Origin: an uncultured Pseudomonadota bacterium
Lineage (GTDB): Bacteria; Myxococcota_A; UBA796; JAFGLY01
Direction of reading: 5' to 3'
Assembly: GCA_937912125.1 (NCBI GenBank)
Contig: CALDOK010000195.1
Coordinates: forward strand, 17,384-81,383
Length of the DNA stretch: 64,000 bases
Below the pieces are notes generated by a model. That model was not told the DNA's origin. It did no database searches and saw nothing but the letters and a program-made list of their open reading frames with translations. The position numbers and the translations under genes were made by a program. How positions within the stretch are numbered: position 1 is the stretch's first letter; each line of letters begins with the position of its first letter. Positions 17,598 through 25,973 of this stretch are shown piece after piece.

Positions 17598-18662
17598 TCA
17601 GTCGTACTTGTCCGAGACGTAGTCCTCTGAGCTCACCGCGCGCGCCGAGAGGGGAACCAGATCGCAGTCGGCGATGCTCACCACCGCGGTCGCATCACCC
17701 TCCCAAGGGTCGACCTCCTCGATGCGCAGGGCGCAGGCCTCGCCGATAGGCTCGTCGAAGATCAGGGCGAAGTGGCGCACGAAGTGGTGGTGCTCGGGTC
17801 GGTAGATCAGCTGAAAGTAGTCCTCGACGACGAAGTCGACCCCGTCCAGGTCGCCCGAGGCCCGGGAGAAGCGCCCGGGGGCGGTGGCGAAGGTGTTGAG
17901 GCCCAGCTCCAGCTCGAGGGTCGCCTGGCCGCCGTCGAACTCGATGTGGTGGACGTCGTGGTGCCAGCCGGGGTCGCTGCAGGGGGTGAACTGGGTGCTG
18001 GTGACGTCGGTGGCGCTGCCACCCTGGGGGTAGAGGGCGAACTCCCCACCCGCCCCGGTGGTGGGGTCGCTCGGGCCGCCGTCCAAGGCCAGCGCGTCGG
18101 GCGGGGCGTCCTCTGCACCCACCAGCAGCAGGCTGTGTTCCAGCCACCAGACGCCGCCATCCGCTGCAGGCTGGGAGCCCTTCAGAGTCGTGTAGGTGGA
18201 GCCCGACCAGGTGCTGATGCTCACCACGGTGCTGCCCGCCCCATCCATCAACTGGGGCTCGCGCCCGTCTTCCCTGCGCACGCAGAAGGGCAGCGCCAGC
18301 GTGTGCTCCCCTTCCACGACAGGCAGGGGGTAGGCCCCCTCGACGATCCGCAGCAGGGCCTTGGCGTCGCGCTCCTGCTCGAGGGTGCGCCCCTCGTCGA
18401 TGTCGCCGCAGTACACCGCGCGGGCGCCGACCTCCACCGAGCCGGTCCAGGCGGCGTCGCCCACCCAGTCCACAGCGGGCGGGCAGTGCGCCCACTGGGG
18501 ATCGCTGTCGGCGTCCGTGTCGGCGTCAGCGTCGGCATCGGCATCGGCATCCGTGTCGGTGTCGGTGTCGGTGTCGGTGTCGCCCTCGGGGGGAGCCGTG
18601 TCGTCCTTGTCGCCACAGGCCAGCAGGGCCAGCAGGAACAGGGAGAGGGAGCCGCGGTTCAT
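17598..18662 (-). CDS. Lipoprotein of unknown function with D-T/D-A linker
   Basis: Track ORF 17598..18743; ATG 18662 gives MNRGSLSLFLLALLAC (canonical lipobox). This ATG overlaps the upstream stop (ATGA). No family recognised. Confidence 0.7.
   Translation of the reverse strand: MNRGSLSLFLLALLACGDKDDTAPPEGDTDTDTDTDTDADADADADADTDADSDPQWAHCPPAVDWVGDAAWTGSVEVGARAVYCGDIDEGRTLEQERDAKALLRIVEGAYPLPVVEGEHTLALPFCVRREDGREPQLMDGAGSTVVSISTWSGSTYTTLKGSQPAADGGVWWLEHSLLLVGAEDAPPDALALDGGPSDPTTGAGGEFALYPQGGSATDVTSTQFTPCSDPGWHHDVHHIEFDGGQATLELELGLNTFATAPGRFSRASGDLDGVDFVVEDYFQLIYRPEHHHFVRHFALIFDEPIGEACALRIEEVDPWEGDATAVVSIADCDLVPLSARAVSSEDYVSDKYD
18501..18581 (-). repeat. (GAC-ACC/GCC)n microsatellite encoding DTDTDTDTDADADADADADTDADSD
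   Basis: Plus strand reads atcgctgtcggcgtccgtgtcggcgtcagcgtcggcatcggcatcggcatccgtgtcggtgtcggtgtcggtgtcggtgtc. Confidence 0.9.
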
Positions 18663-20812
18663 TCGTCCTCCAGGCGCAGGTAGGGTCGGATCTGCTTGAT
18701 GATGAGGCGGCCGTCGCTCAAGCGCTTCCACTCGGTGTCCCATAGCAGCGCGCCGCCCTCGGGCACCCGCTGGTCCATGGGGTAGACCTGGGTGATGCTG
18801 TGGAGCAGGGCGCCCAGCTCTCCGAGCACCGCGTCCCCCAGCACCTGCTGCCCAGCCATGACCTCGGAGCTTGGCTCGACCCGCAGGATCTCGGTGACCT
18901 CCCCTGCGTCCACCGTGAGCAGCACCCGCTCAGGGGTCACGCCCGCCTCGGCGCTGACCACCTCGAGCTCGCCCACCTGGGCGTTGACCAGGTAGCGATC
19001 GTCGCCTGCGGCGGTGGGGTTGCCCGTGAAGGCCACGACATTGGCCGCCTCGTCCTTGGAGCGGGTGTTGACCAGGATCCCCATGGCCACCTGGCCGTGG
19101 TCGATGCCATACCAGTCCCGCTCGTCCCAGGCGGACATCTTCCACAGGGACGCCCACACCGTGCCCAGGGCCTCCTCGAGGCTCTCCTCCTCGGCCTTGT
19201 CCGGGTCGCAAGCGCTGGGCCCCAGCTCGTCGTCATCCTGACTGTCTGCAGCGCATGCGCTGGTGCTCTCGTACAGGCCCGCACCGTTGAACACCAGGCC
19301 GTCCTCTGCGTTGCTGGAGCTGCGGAAGCGCACCATGGCCAGGCTGGAGCCGAACACCGCGGTGATGCGCTCCCCAAGGGCGGCGACCAGGGCGGGGTCC
19401 TGAGGCGCGGCCAGCATGGCGGCCCGCAGGGCCTCGAGCCGCTCCCGGCGCACGGAGGCGTCGCTCAGGAAGTCGCCGTCCTGGTGCCAGGCCGCCACGG
19501 TCTCGGTGAAGCTGTGCCAGCCCGCGCCTTGGCCCAGGTCGACCTCCCAGCGGTTGGCACCCATGAACGCGTCGTACCAGGCGAAGGGGATCAGAAAGCC
19601 ATCGAGCTGGTAGGCGGAGTCGATGCGCTGGTACAGGGCCGCGAGGTTGCTGCCCTTGGCACCGTAGCGGCACGCAGCCAGGGCGCGGGCCTCGGCGGTG
19701 GCGGTGTCGAGCTCGAGCAGCGTGGGCAGGGCGTCGACGCTGGTGTCCGGAGTGCAGATCTCTACGGGCTCCGGCCGCAGCTCGTCCCACCAAGCCTGCG
19801 CCTCCTCGAGGGTGGCGCTGGCGACGCTCCAGGTCAGCTCGCCGCACTCGAAGCGCACCAGGAGGCCCTCCCAGGAGGCCAGCTCCCGGTGGGGATCCGC
19901 AACGAAGCAGTTGGGAGTGCCGCGGGCCAGGCTGCGCACGTTGAGGTGGGAGAGGTCCCCCTGGCGGGTGCCCGTGACGATGCCGCTCACCACCCGCTCG
20001 AGATCCGTGGGTGCCTCGCTGATGGCCAGGATGTCCTCATAGGTGTAGCCAGCCTGCTGGGTGGCCTCCGCCAGCTCCGCCAGGGTGTACAGCCGCATGG
20101 TGCCGTAGGCGGCCCCGGGGTTGTAGACCTCGTAGGCCAGCTCCTCGAGCCCCCGGATGGGGAATGGAGCCCCGTCCCAGAGGGCCGCGGCGTCGTGCTG
20201 GTTGGCGGTGCCGGGCACCCAGGACAGCTCCCCGATCTCGAAGCGCTCCTGGAGCTGCCGCCAGGCCGCGGCTACGTCGTCCATGGTCACGGTCGCGCTG
20301 ACATCGGCCGGGTCGTCCCAGACCGTGAACCCGTAGAAGAAGCCCTCGCTGTCCAGGAACACCGCGTGGCCGCCCGCGTAGAACTGGCGGGTGTCGGGGT
20401 AGAGGATCAGCTCGTAGTAGCCGGTGGTGGACAGGCCCGCGAAGCTGTCGGGGAAGGCCGTGACCAGGAAGTCGTAGTGGAGCTGGAACCGGTCCACCAC
20501 CATCCACAGGGGGGGCAGCGCCGCGTCGTCCACCGCGGGCACCAGGTACTTGCCCACCTGCAGCTGGTCCACCGCCGTGGAGGGCACGGTGACACGGTCG
20601 TAGGTCTCCTCGTCCGGCACCCGATGCACGCAGACCTCGTAGCCCAGCCGGGCGGCGGCCTGGTCGCAGTGGGGTTCGTCCCCCACGGCGGGGGGCTCGG
20701 TGTCGAGGGGCGCAGCCGTGTCGTCGGGATGGCAGGACAGCACCGCCGCCAGCAGGACCAGCAGTGCCCAGGGCGCTGGGTTGGACCTGGTCGGGGGCGG
20801 GGGCGGGTGCAT
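18659..20812 (-). CDS. Predicted lipoprotein: ~350-aa unknown N-domain plus a PEP-utilising-enzyme/PPDK_N-type ATP-grasp nucleotide-binding domain
   Basis: MHPPPPPTRSNPAPWALLVLLAAVLSC followed by an acidic linker. PPDK_N signatures CRYGAKGSNLAAL, VRFRSSSNAEDGLVFNGAGLYES, MGILVNTRS...NVVAFTGNP...VNAQVGELEVVS, and DTEWKRLSDGRLIIKQIRPY at the extreme C-terminus. No swivel phospho-His domain. Confidence 0.75.
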   Translation of the reverse strand: MHPPPPPTRSNPAPWALLVLLAAVLSCHPDDTAAPLDTEPPAVGDEPHCDQAAARLGYEVCVHRVPDEETYDRVTVPSTAVDQLQVGKYLVPAVDDAALPPLWMVVDRFQLHYDFLVTAFPDSFAGLSTTGYYELILYPDTRQFYAGGHAVFLDSEGFFYGFTVWDDPADVSATVTMDDVAAAWRQLQERFEIGELSWVPGTANQHDAAALWDGAPFPIRGLEELAYEVYNPGAAYGTMRLYTLAELAEATQQAGYTYEDILAISEAPTDLERVVSGIVTGTRQGDLSHLNVRSLARGTPNCFVADPHRELASWEGLLVRFECGELTWSVASATLEEAQAWWDELRPEPVEICTPDTSVDALPTLLELDTATAEARALAACRYGAKGSNLAALYQRIDSAYQLDGFLIPFAWYDAFMGANRWEVDLGQGAGWHSFTETVAAWHQDGDFLSDASVRRERLEALRAAMLAAPQDPALVAALGERITAVFGSSLAMVRFRSSSNAEDGLVFNGAGLYESTSACAADSQDDDELGPSACDPDKAEEESLEEALGTVWASLWKMSAWDERDWYGIDHGQVAMGILVNTRSKDEAANVVAFTGNPTAAGDDRYLVNAQVGELEVVSAEAGVTPERVLLTVDAGEVTEILRVEPSSEVMAGQQVLGDAVLGELGALLHSITQVYPMDQRVPEGGALLWDTEWKRLSDGRLIIKQIRPYLRLEDE

Positions 20813-20854
20813 TCCGGAATGCTACCCGCGGCCCGAGACCGGCACAAGCGCTCA

Positions 20855-22747
20855 TCAGCCCGCGCTGGCGCTCCGGGACCCTCTCCCCACCAGCGCCACC
20901 GCGCCCACTGTGACGGCCGCCATCAGCAGCAGCACCCACAGGGGTGGATCGCCGAACCAACCCAAGGAGCTGGCCAGCACAAGGAAGCCGTTGTGCAAGG
21001 CGTGGATGGTCACGGGGACCCACAGCGACCGACTCCGCAGCGCCGCCGCGCACAGCACCACGCCCAGGATCCCGGTGGGCAGCACCCGGATCAGGTGCAG
21101 GTGGACGGCACCGAACAGCGCCCCCACCACCAGGCAGGCGAGCACAGGCCCCACCGAGCGGCGCAGCAGCCCCAGCAGGGCGCCCCGGAACAGCAGCTCC
21201 TCACACAGGGCCGGCAGCAGCGCGAAGACCAGCACCACCACGGGCAGGCTGGCGTCGAGGGTCATGGACTGCTCGAGGGTCTGCAGGAAGGCGCTGGAGC
21301 TTGGCAGCAGGGGCTCCTGAGCCGCGGCCACCAGCGCGCTCAGGCCGGGAGCGCCCAGGCCCGCCGCCACGGCCAGGCCCAGGTCCACGGAGTGGGGACG
21401 CCGCAGCGCGAGGGTCTCCCGCACAGGCTGGCCCAGCCAGACCAGCGCCCCCACCGCGACGCCCGCCACCAGCACCACCTGGGTGAAGACCATGCCCCAG
21501 AGCAGATCCACGCCCTGCACCCGCTGCCCGAGGAACCACAGCAACAACAGCGCCACCAGGAAGATCCCCAGGACGTCCGGCACGAAGCCGCCGCGGGCCC
21601 GTCGATCCGCGGCCCGTCCACCGCCGTAGAGCACCTCTTCCCGGGCCAGCAGGCGTGCGCCAAGGGCCAAGGCCAGGGCCACGTGCACCGCGGTCGCCGC
21701 GAGGGTGAGCCCCAGGATCCCCACGGGGTAGTTCCCCACCAGGGCCTCCCGCATCACCAGGGCCAGGTTGGTGACGGGCGCCAGGGCCAGGGCATAGCTG
21801 GGCTGGATGGCGGGGAAGGCCGCCACGCCGGCGGCCGCCAGACCCAGGAACAGCAGGGCCACCGCCGCGAACTGCCCCGTCCGGAAGTCGGGCACATAGG
21901 CCGCCACCACCGTGAAGACAGCCGACATCAGCACGGCCAGGGGCAGCAGGAGCAGCAGCAGCAGGGGCATGGCGGCGGTGGGGATGGCGATGGCGTCGCC
22001 GGGGGCCGAGTACAGCCCCGCCGCCAGGCAGGCCCACAGGGTGGTGACCGCCATGGCCGCGGTGATCAGGGCCACCAGCACCACCACCATGAACTTGCCC
22101 AGCAGCACCGCCCGGCGGTCGACCCGGGCCGTGAGCAGGGTCTCGAGGGTCTTGCGCTCCCGCTCCCCGGTGACCAACTGCAGCGAGGTGGACACCCCGC
22201 CGTTCATGGCCAGGAACACCAACATCAGCGGCAGCAGGCGCCCCAGCAGGCCACCCTCGCGCTCCTGGGTGGAGGCCACGTCCTCGAAGTCCACGGGCAG
22301 GACCTCGTCGTGGCGACCGGCCAGCCCCGCGTCCTCGAAGCGCTGCTCCATGTCGGCGCGTCGCTGGCGCCGCAGCACCCGCAGGGCCCGGCGGTGGGCG
22401 CGCCCGCTGGCGCTGTGGGTGGAGTCGTAGTGCACCTCTGCGGGGGCATCGCCCTGGGGCAGCACCACCCTCGCCTGCACCTCGGGGTGTTCGGGGTCCT
22501 GCCAGCCCCGCTCCACCACCTCGACGCGATCCCTGGGCAGCAGCAGCTCCTCGAGCTCCGCCGGGGCCTCGATCACCACGGTGGCCTCGCGACCCTGGCG
22601 CGCGTCACGGGTGCGCAGCTCGCCGGCCGCGTACAGAGCGACAGGCTGCAACAGCACGGGCAGGCCCACCATGGCCAGCAGGGTCAGGGGATCCCTCAGC
22701 TGCATGCGCAGCGAGCCCAAGAAGACGTGGCGGGCCTGCTCGAGCAC
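20855..22747 (-). CDS. ABC-2 (NatB-like) permease fused to a C-terminal CPBP (CAAX/Abi) intramembrane protease domain
   Basis: The N-terminal ~400 aa resemble the upstream permease (GERERKTLETLL motif). The C-terminal domain has all three CPBP motifs: CEELLFRG, LFGAVHL, HALHNG. The GTG start abuts the TAG stop of the ATPase gene. Confidence 0.8.
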   Translation of the reverse strand: MLEQARHVFLGSLRMQLRDPLTLLAMVGLPVLLQPVALYAAGELRTRDARQGREATVVIEAPAELEELLLPRDRVEVVERGWQDPEHPEVQARVVLPQGDAPAEVHYDSTHSASGRAHRRALRVLRRQRRADMEQRFEDAGLAGRHDEVLPVDFEDVASTQEREGGLLGRLLPLMLVFLAMNGGVSTSLQLVTGERERKTLETLLTARVDRRAVLLGKFMVVVLVALITAAMAVTTLWACLAAGLYSAPGDAIAIPTAAMPLLLLLLLPLAVLMSAVFTVVAAYVPDFRTGQFAAVALLFLGLAAAGVAAFPAIQPSYALALAPVTNLALVMREALVGNYPVGILGLTLAATAVHVALALALGARLLAREEVLYGGGRAADRRARGGFVPDVLGIFLVALLLLWFLGQRVQGVDLLWGMVFTQVVLVAGVAVGALVWLGQPVRETLALRRPHSVDLGLAVAAGLGAPGLSALVAAAQEPLLPSSSAFLQTLEQSMTLDASLPVVVLVFALLPALCEELLFRGALLGLLRRSVGPVLACLVVGALFGAVHLHLIRVLPTGILGVVLCAAALRSRSLWVPVTIHALHNGFLVLASSLGWFGDPPLWVLLLMAAVTVGAVALVGRGSRSASAG

Positions 22748-23485
22748 CTAGGCGTCCTCATCCCGTGCGGTCTGGACGAAGTGCACGAAGATGTCCTCGA
22801 GGTAGCGGTGCCCGCTGGCCTCCCGCAGGGCGGGCAGGGTGTCGTCAGCCAGGATGCGCCCCTGGTGCAGGATGGCCACGCGGTCACAGAGGCGCTCCGC
22901 CTCGCTCATGATGTGCGTGGAGAAGAGCACGCAGCGGCCCTCGTCCCGTGCCTGCTCGACGAACTCGAGGAAGCTGCGCGCCACCATCACGTCCAGGCCC
23001 GAGGTGGGCTCGTCCAGGATCAGGATGGGGGGGTCGTGCACCACCGCCCTGGCGATGCTGACCTTCTGGCGCATGCCCGTGGAGAGCCGATCACAGCGCA
23101 CGTGGGCGAAGGGCCCGATGCCGAAGCGCTCCACCAGCTCATCGCTGCGGCGCCTGGGCTCGGTCACGCCCTGCAAGCGAGCGAAGTAGGTGATCATCTC
23201 CCGGGCCGTGAGCCGACCGTACAGGCCTGTGGTGGTGGAGACATAGCCGATGGAGCCCCGCACCCCGGTGGGGTCCTGGCGCACCTCACAGCCGCTCAGG
23301 GTCGCCGTGCCTTCGTCCGGGGCCAGCAGGGTGGCGAGCATGCGCAGGGTGGTGGTCTTGCCGGCCCCGTTGGGGCCAAGCAGGCCGAAGATGGCGCCCG
23401 CCTCGCAGCGGAAGGACACATCATCCACCGCGGTCACCACCCTGGGGCTGTGGAAACGCTTCGTGAGTCCTCTGACCTCGATCAT
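22748..23485 (-). CDS. ABC transporter ATP-binding protein (NatA/ABC-2 type)
   Basis: ATG 23485 gives MIEVRGLTKRF. Walker A GPNGAGKTT, signature LSTGMRQK, Walker B ILILDEPTSGLD. The start overlaps the upstream stop (ATGA). Confidence 0.93.
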   Translation of the reverse strand: MIEVRGLTKRFHSPRVVTAVDDVSFRCEAGAIFGLLGPNGAGKTTTLRMLATLLAPDEGTATLSGCEVRQDPTGVRGSIGYVSTTTGLYGRLTAREMITYFARLQGVTEPRRRSDELVERFGIGPFAHVRCDRLSTGMRQKVSIARAVVHDPPILILDEPTSGLDVMVARSFLEFVEQARDEGRCVLFSTHIMSEAERLCDRVAILHQGRILADDTLPALREASGHRYLEDIFVHFVQTARDEDA

Positions 23486-24660
23486 CGTCCGTGCTCCAGC
23501 CAGGCCAGCCACCGTGGGGTGGCATGCCCGAAGAGGTAGTCCTCCCGGGACAGCACACGGCCTCCCAAGAACATGCCCAGCCCCACAAGGGCCAGGTTCA
23601 CCAAGCCGGTCAGCAGGATGGGGCCTGCGCTCAGCTGTCCCATGATGGCGCCCCGCAGCGCCATGGCGGTCCCGCCCACGGGCACCGCCGCCCAGGCCCA
23701 GCCAGGCTCGAGGCTCGGAATCAAGCAGGGCACAGCCAGGGCCAAGGCGAAGGTCATCACCAGTGTGCCGCGGTTCTGGCCACTCTCGAAGCTACGGGCA
23801 GGCAGCAGCACCAGCCCCATCCAGGCGGCGATAGCCGGGGCCAGCAACACCAGAGCCCCCACCGCCAGACCCAGCTCCACGCTCAGCAGGGGGCCAAGCG
23901 CCAGCAAGCCGTCACCGCCTTCGGACGCCAGGCCGCTCAGGGTCGCCCAGACGGCCACCGCGTTTCCGACCATCGCCAGCAGGCCCGTGATGGAGGCGCA
24001 GAGCAGCTTTCCAGCCACCACGGCCCAGCGGGGCACCGCCGCCACCAGGGTGGTCTCGAGGGTGCCTCGCTCCCGCTCGCCCGTGATGACCTCCACCATG
24101 GGGTAGATGATGGAGATGATCAGGGTGAGCAGCGCCAGCAGGGGGATCACCCGCGCCAGAGCGTCCAGGGCCACGCGCTCCCTGCCCGCGTCGTCGATGG
24201 AGAGGATGGGCCAGGGGCACAGGGCGTCTGTCGGGAGCCCCGCCGCAACGGCCAGCTGCTCCAAGGCCAGGTCGCGCTGGTCGTCCAGCCGCTCTTCCAG
24301 AAGCTCCCGAGCGCGCTCCGAGCGGCCGCGGGTGGATCGATACTTCACCGTGACGCCGCCGTCTGCGCCGTCGGCCTCCACCAGGGCGTCCAGCTCGTCG
24401 GCCTGCAGGGCCCCGAGCCCTCCACCTCCAGGCGTCAGCGGAGGCTCGAGCAGCACCTCCATCAGCGCCGCGGGGGCGTGGATCTCCACCCTCGGGGCCT
24501 GCTGCTCCACCACCCCGGCCTGCAGCATCAGCAGCTGCACCGCGCCCCACAGCAACAGCGGGTAGAGCAGCAGGGGGAAGGCCACCGAATACAGCAGCAC
24601 GTTGGCGTCGCGAAACGCCTCACGCAGCTCCTTGCCGAGCACGGCCAGCACAGCCCGCAC
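23482..24660 (-). CDS. ABC-2 type permease (NatB-like)
   Basis: GTG 24660 gives MRAVLAVLGKELREAFRD. A large extracytoplasmic loop, then GERERGTLETTL and six hydrophobic helices. Confidence 0.8.
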   Translation of the reverse strand: MRAVLAVLGKELREAFRDANVLLYSVAFPLLLYPLLLWGAVQLLMLQAGVVEQQAPRVEIHAPAALMEVLLEPPLTPGGGGLGALQADELDALVEADGADGGVTVKYRSTRGRSERARELLEERLDDQRDLALEQLAVAAGLPTDALCPWPILSIDDAGRERVALDALARVIPLLALLTLIISIIYPMVEVITGERERGTLETTLVAAVPRWAVVAGKLLCASITGLLAMVGNAVAVWATLSGLASEGGDGLLALGPLLSVELGLAVGALVLLAPAIAAWMGLVLLPARSFESGQNRGTLVMTFALALAVPCLIPSLEPGWAWAAVPVGGTAMALRGAIMGQLSAGPILLTGLVNLALVGLGMFLGGRVLSREDYLFGHATPRWLAWLEHGR

Positions 24661-24788
24661 CGCTCACCTCGCGTCGAGTCCTCCATCATCCCAGGTCGAG
24701 GGTGGTGGGCCAAGCGCCGCTCCGGGCTCCCCACGCGGAAGTCCCCCCCGGGGCGGGCCCGGAGGGGACGAGGGCGTCGGGCTGCACG

Positions 24789-25841
24789 CTAGCTCGCCAG
24801 CCGCCGCAGCGCTGCGATCAGGTCCTCGAGCTCGGCCACCAGCGCGCGCTCCTGGGTGACGAAGTGCTGCTGCATGTCGCAGCGCAGGGTCACCTGCTCG
24901 AAGGGCTCCACGTCCACAGCCGTGCGCAGGACGATGTTTCGGGAGCGCTCGCGGAGAGTCAGCTGCACGGTGCCCAGGGGCAGGAACACCACCTGCTCAC
25001 CGCGCCCCTCGATGGACGCCACGCGCCGATCACCCGCGTAGACCTCTACCCGAGCGGCGCCCAGGTTCACCAGGCGCACGGCGCCTTCGCTGGGCAGGGG
25101 CGCCAGGAAGAGCCCACCGTCGTAGGGATCCACGTTCACGCGCTCGGTGGCGATCACGCGGCCGTTCGGGGCGCGGACCACGACCTGAGTCAGGCCGGCG
25201 GCGACGCTGCGCAGGACCTGGGTCTCGCCCTGGGCCAGGCGAATGCTCTGGCGGCCCTCCACCTGCACGTCCACGGGCACGGGCAGCGGGTTGCGCAGCC
25301 GCAGCTCAGCGGTGGCCGGAGCCTGGGCAGCCCAGGTCTCACGCTCGCCGGGCCGCAGGCTCAGCCGTGCGCTGTCAAGCACGCGGTCCGCCTGCCGGAT
25401 CTGCACGCTCACGGCGCCGGGGTCGAGCAGCAACACCCGCACCTGGCCCGCGTCGAGGCCGCCGCGGTCCATGCCATCCACCAGCAGGCGCCCGCTGCGG
25501 CCGGTGGCGTTGCGCACCGTCAGCTGACCCTCGCGGGCTGCCACCAGCACCTGCACGGCGCCGTGGGGGCGGACACGGACGGTCTGGGCCAGCACCGCCT
25601 GGCCGTCGCGGCTGCGCACGCGCACCGAGTGGTCGCCCGCGGGCACCATGAAGTCCCGTCGGCTCTCGGGGGGGATGTCTCCCAGCTCACGCCCGTCCAC
25701 ACTGAGCTGCACGACGCCGAAGCGCTGGTTGTCGAGGGTGATGGTCCCGCTCGCCGGGCGAGCGTCAGCTGGCCATGCGTAGCCGACCGTCCCGATGAGA
25801 AGCAGGGAACCGATGATCATCGCGAGCAGGTGCCGAAGCAT
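24789..25841 (-). CDS. Secreted protein with repeated beta-sandwich (PEGA-like) modules
   Basis: Lies within track ORF 24789..27260. ATG 25841 gives MLRHLLAMIIGSLLLIGTVGYA (alternative ATG 25865). Repeated ~70-aa segments (VPAGDHSVRVRSRDG..., DPGAVSVQIRQADR..., GLTQVVVRAPNGR...). The family call is weak. Confidence 0.6.
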   Translation of the reverse strand: MLRHLLAMIIGSLLLIGTVGYAWPADARPASGTITLDNQRFGVVQLSVDGRELGDIPPESRRDFMVPAGDHSVRVRSRDGQAVLAQTVRVRPHGAVQVLVAAREGQLTVRNATGRSGRLLVDGMDRGGLDAGQVRVLLLDPGAVSVQIRQADRVLDSARLSLRPGERETWAAQAPATAELRLRNPLPVPVDVQVEGRQSIRLAQGETQVLRSVAAGLTQVVVRAPNGRVIATERVNVDPYDGGLFLAPLPSEGAVRLVNLGAARVEVYAGDRRVASIEGRGEQVVFLPLGTVQLTLRERSRNIVLRTAVDVEPFEQVTLRCDMQQHFVTQERALVAELEDLIAALRRLAS

Positions 25842-25973
25842 GCCGACCTCCAAGTACCGAGTCATGGACGGATGAGACTCGCTGCGCCCGACGCCCCTGG
25901 CCCGGGATGCATTCGATGGAATGGCGAGAGGCCGCTTGACGCCCACGGTCGATCGGGGCACAGCAGGCCCTCC

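Noticed and set aside
18800-23539. The longest ORF in the window (1579 aa, plus strand)
   Set aside because: It is antisense to four well-supported minus-strand genes (PPDK_N lipoprotein, permease-CPBP, ATPase, permease). Its translation is G/Q/H/R/P-rich low-complexity with no motif. Stop-free antisense frames are expected in DNA with strong third-position GC bias.
24702-25973. N-terminal 424 codons of the 1056-aa plus-strand ORF that contains murJ
   Set aside because: The MurJ homology starts at ATG 25974. The upstream part is antisense to the signal-peptide repeat protein (24789..25841) and has non-protein-like composition.
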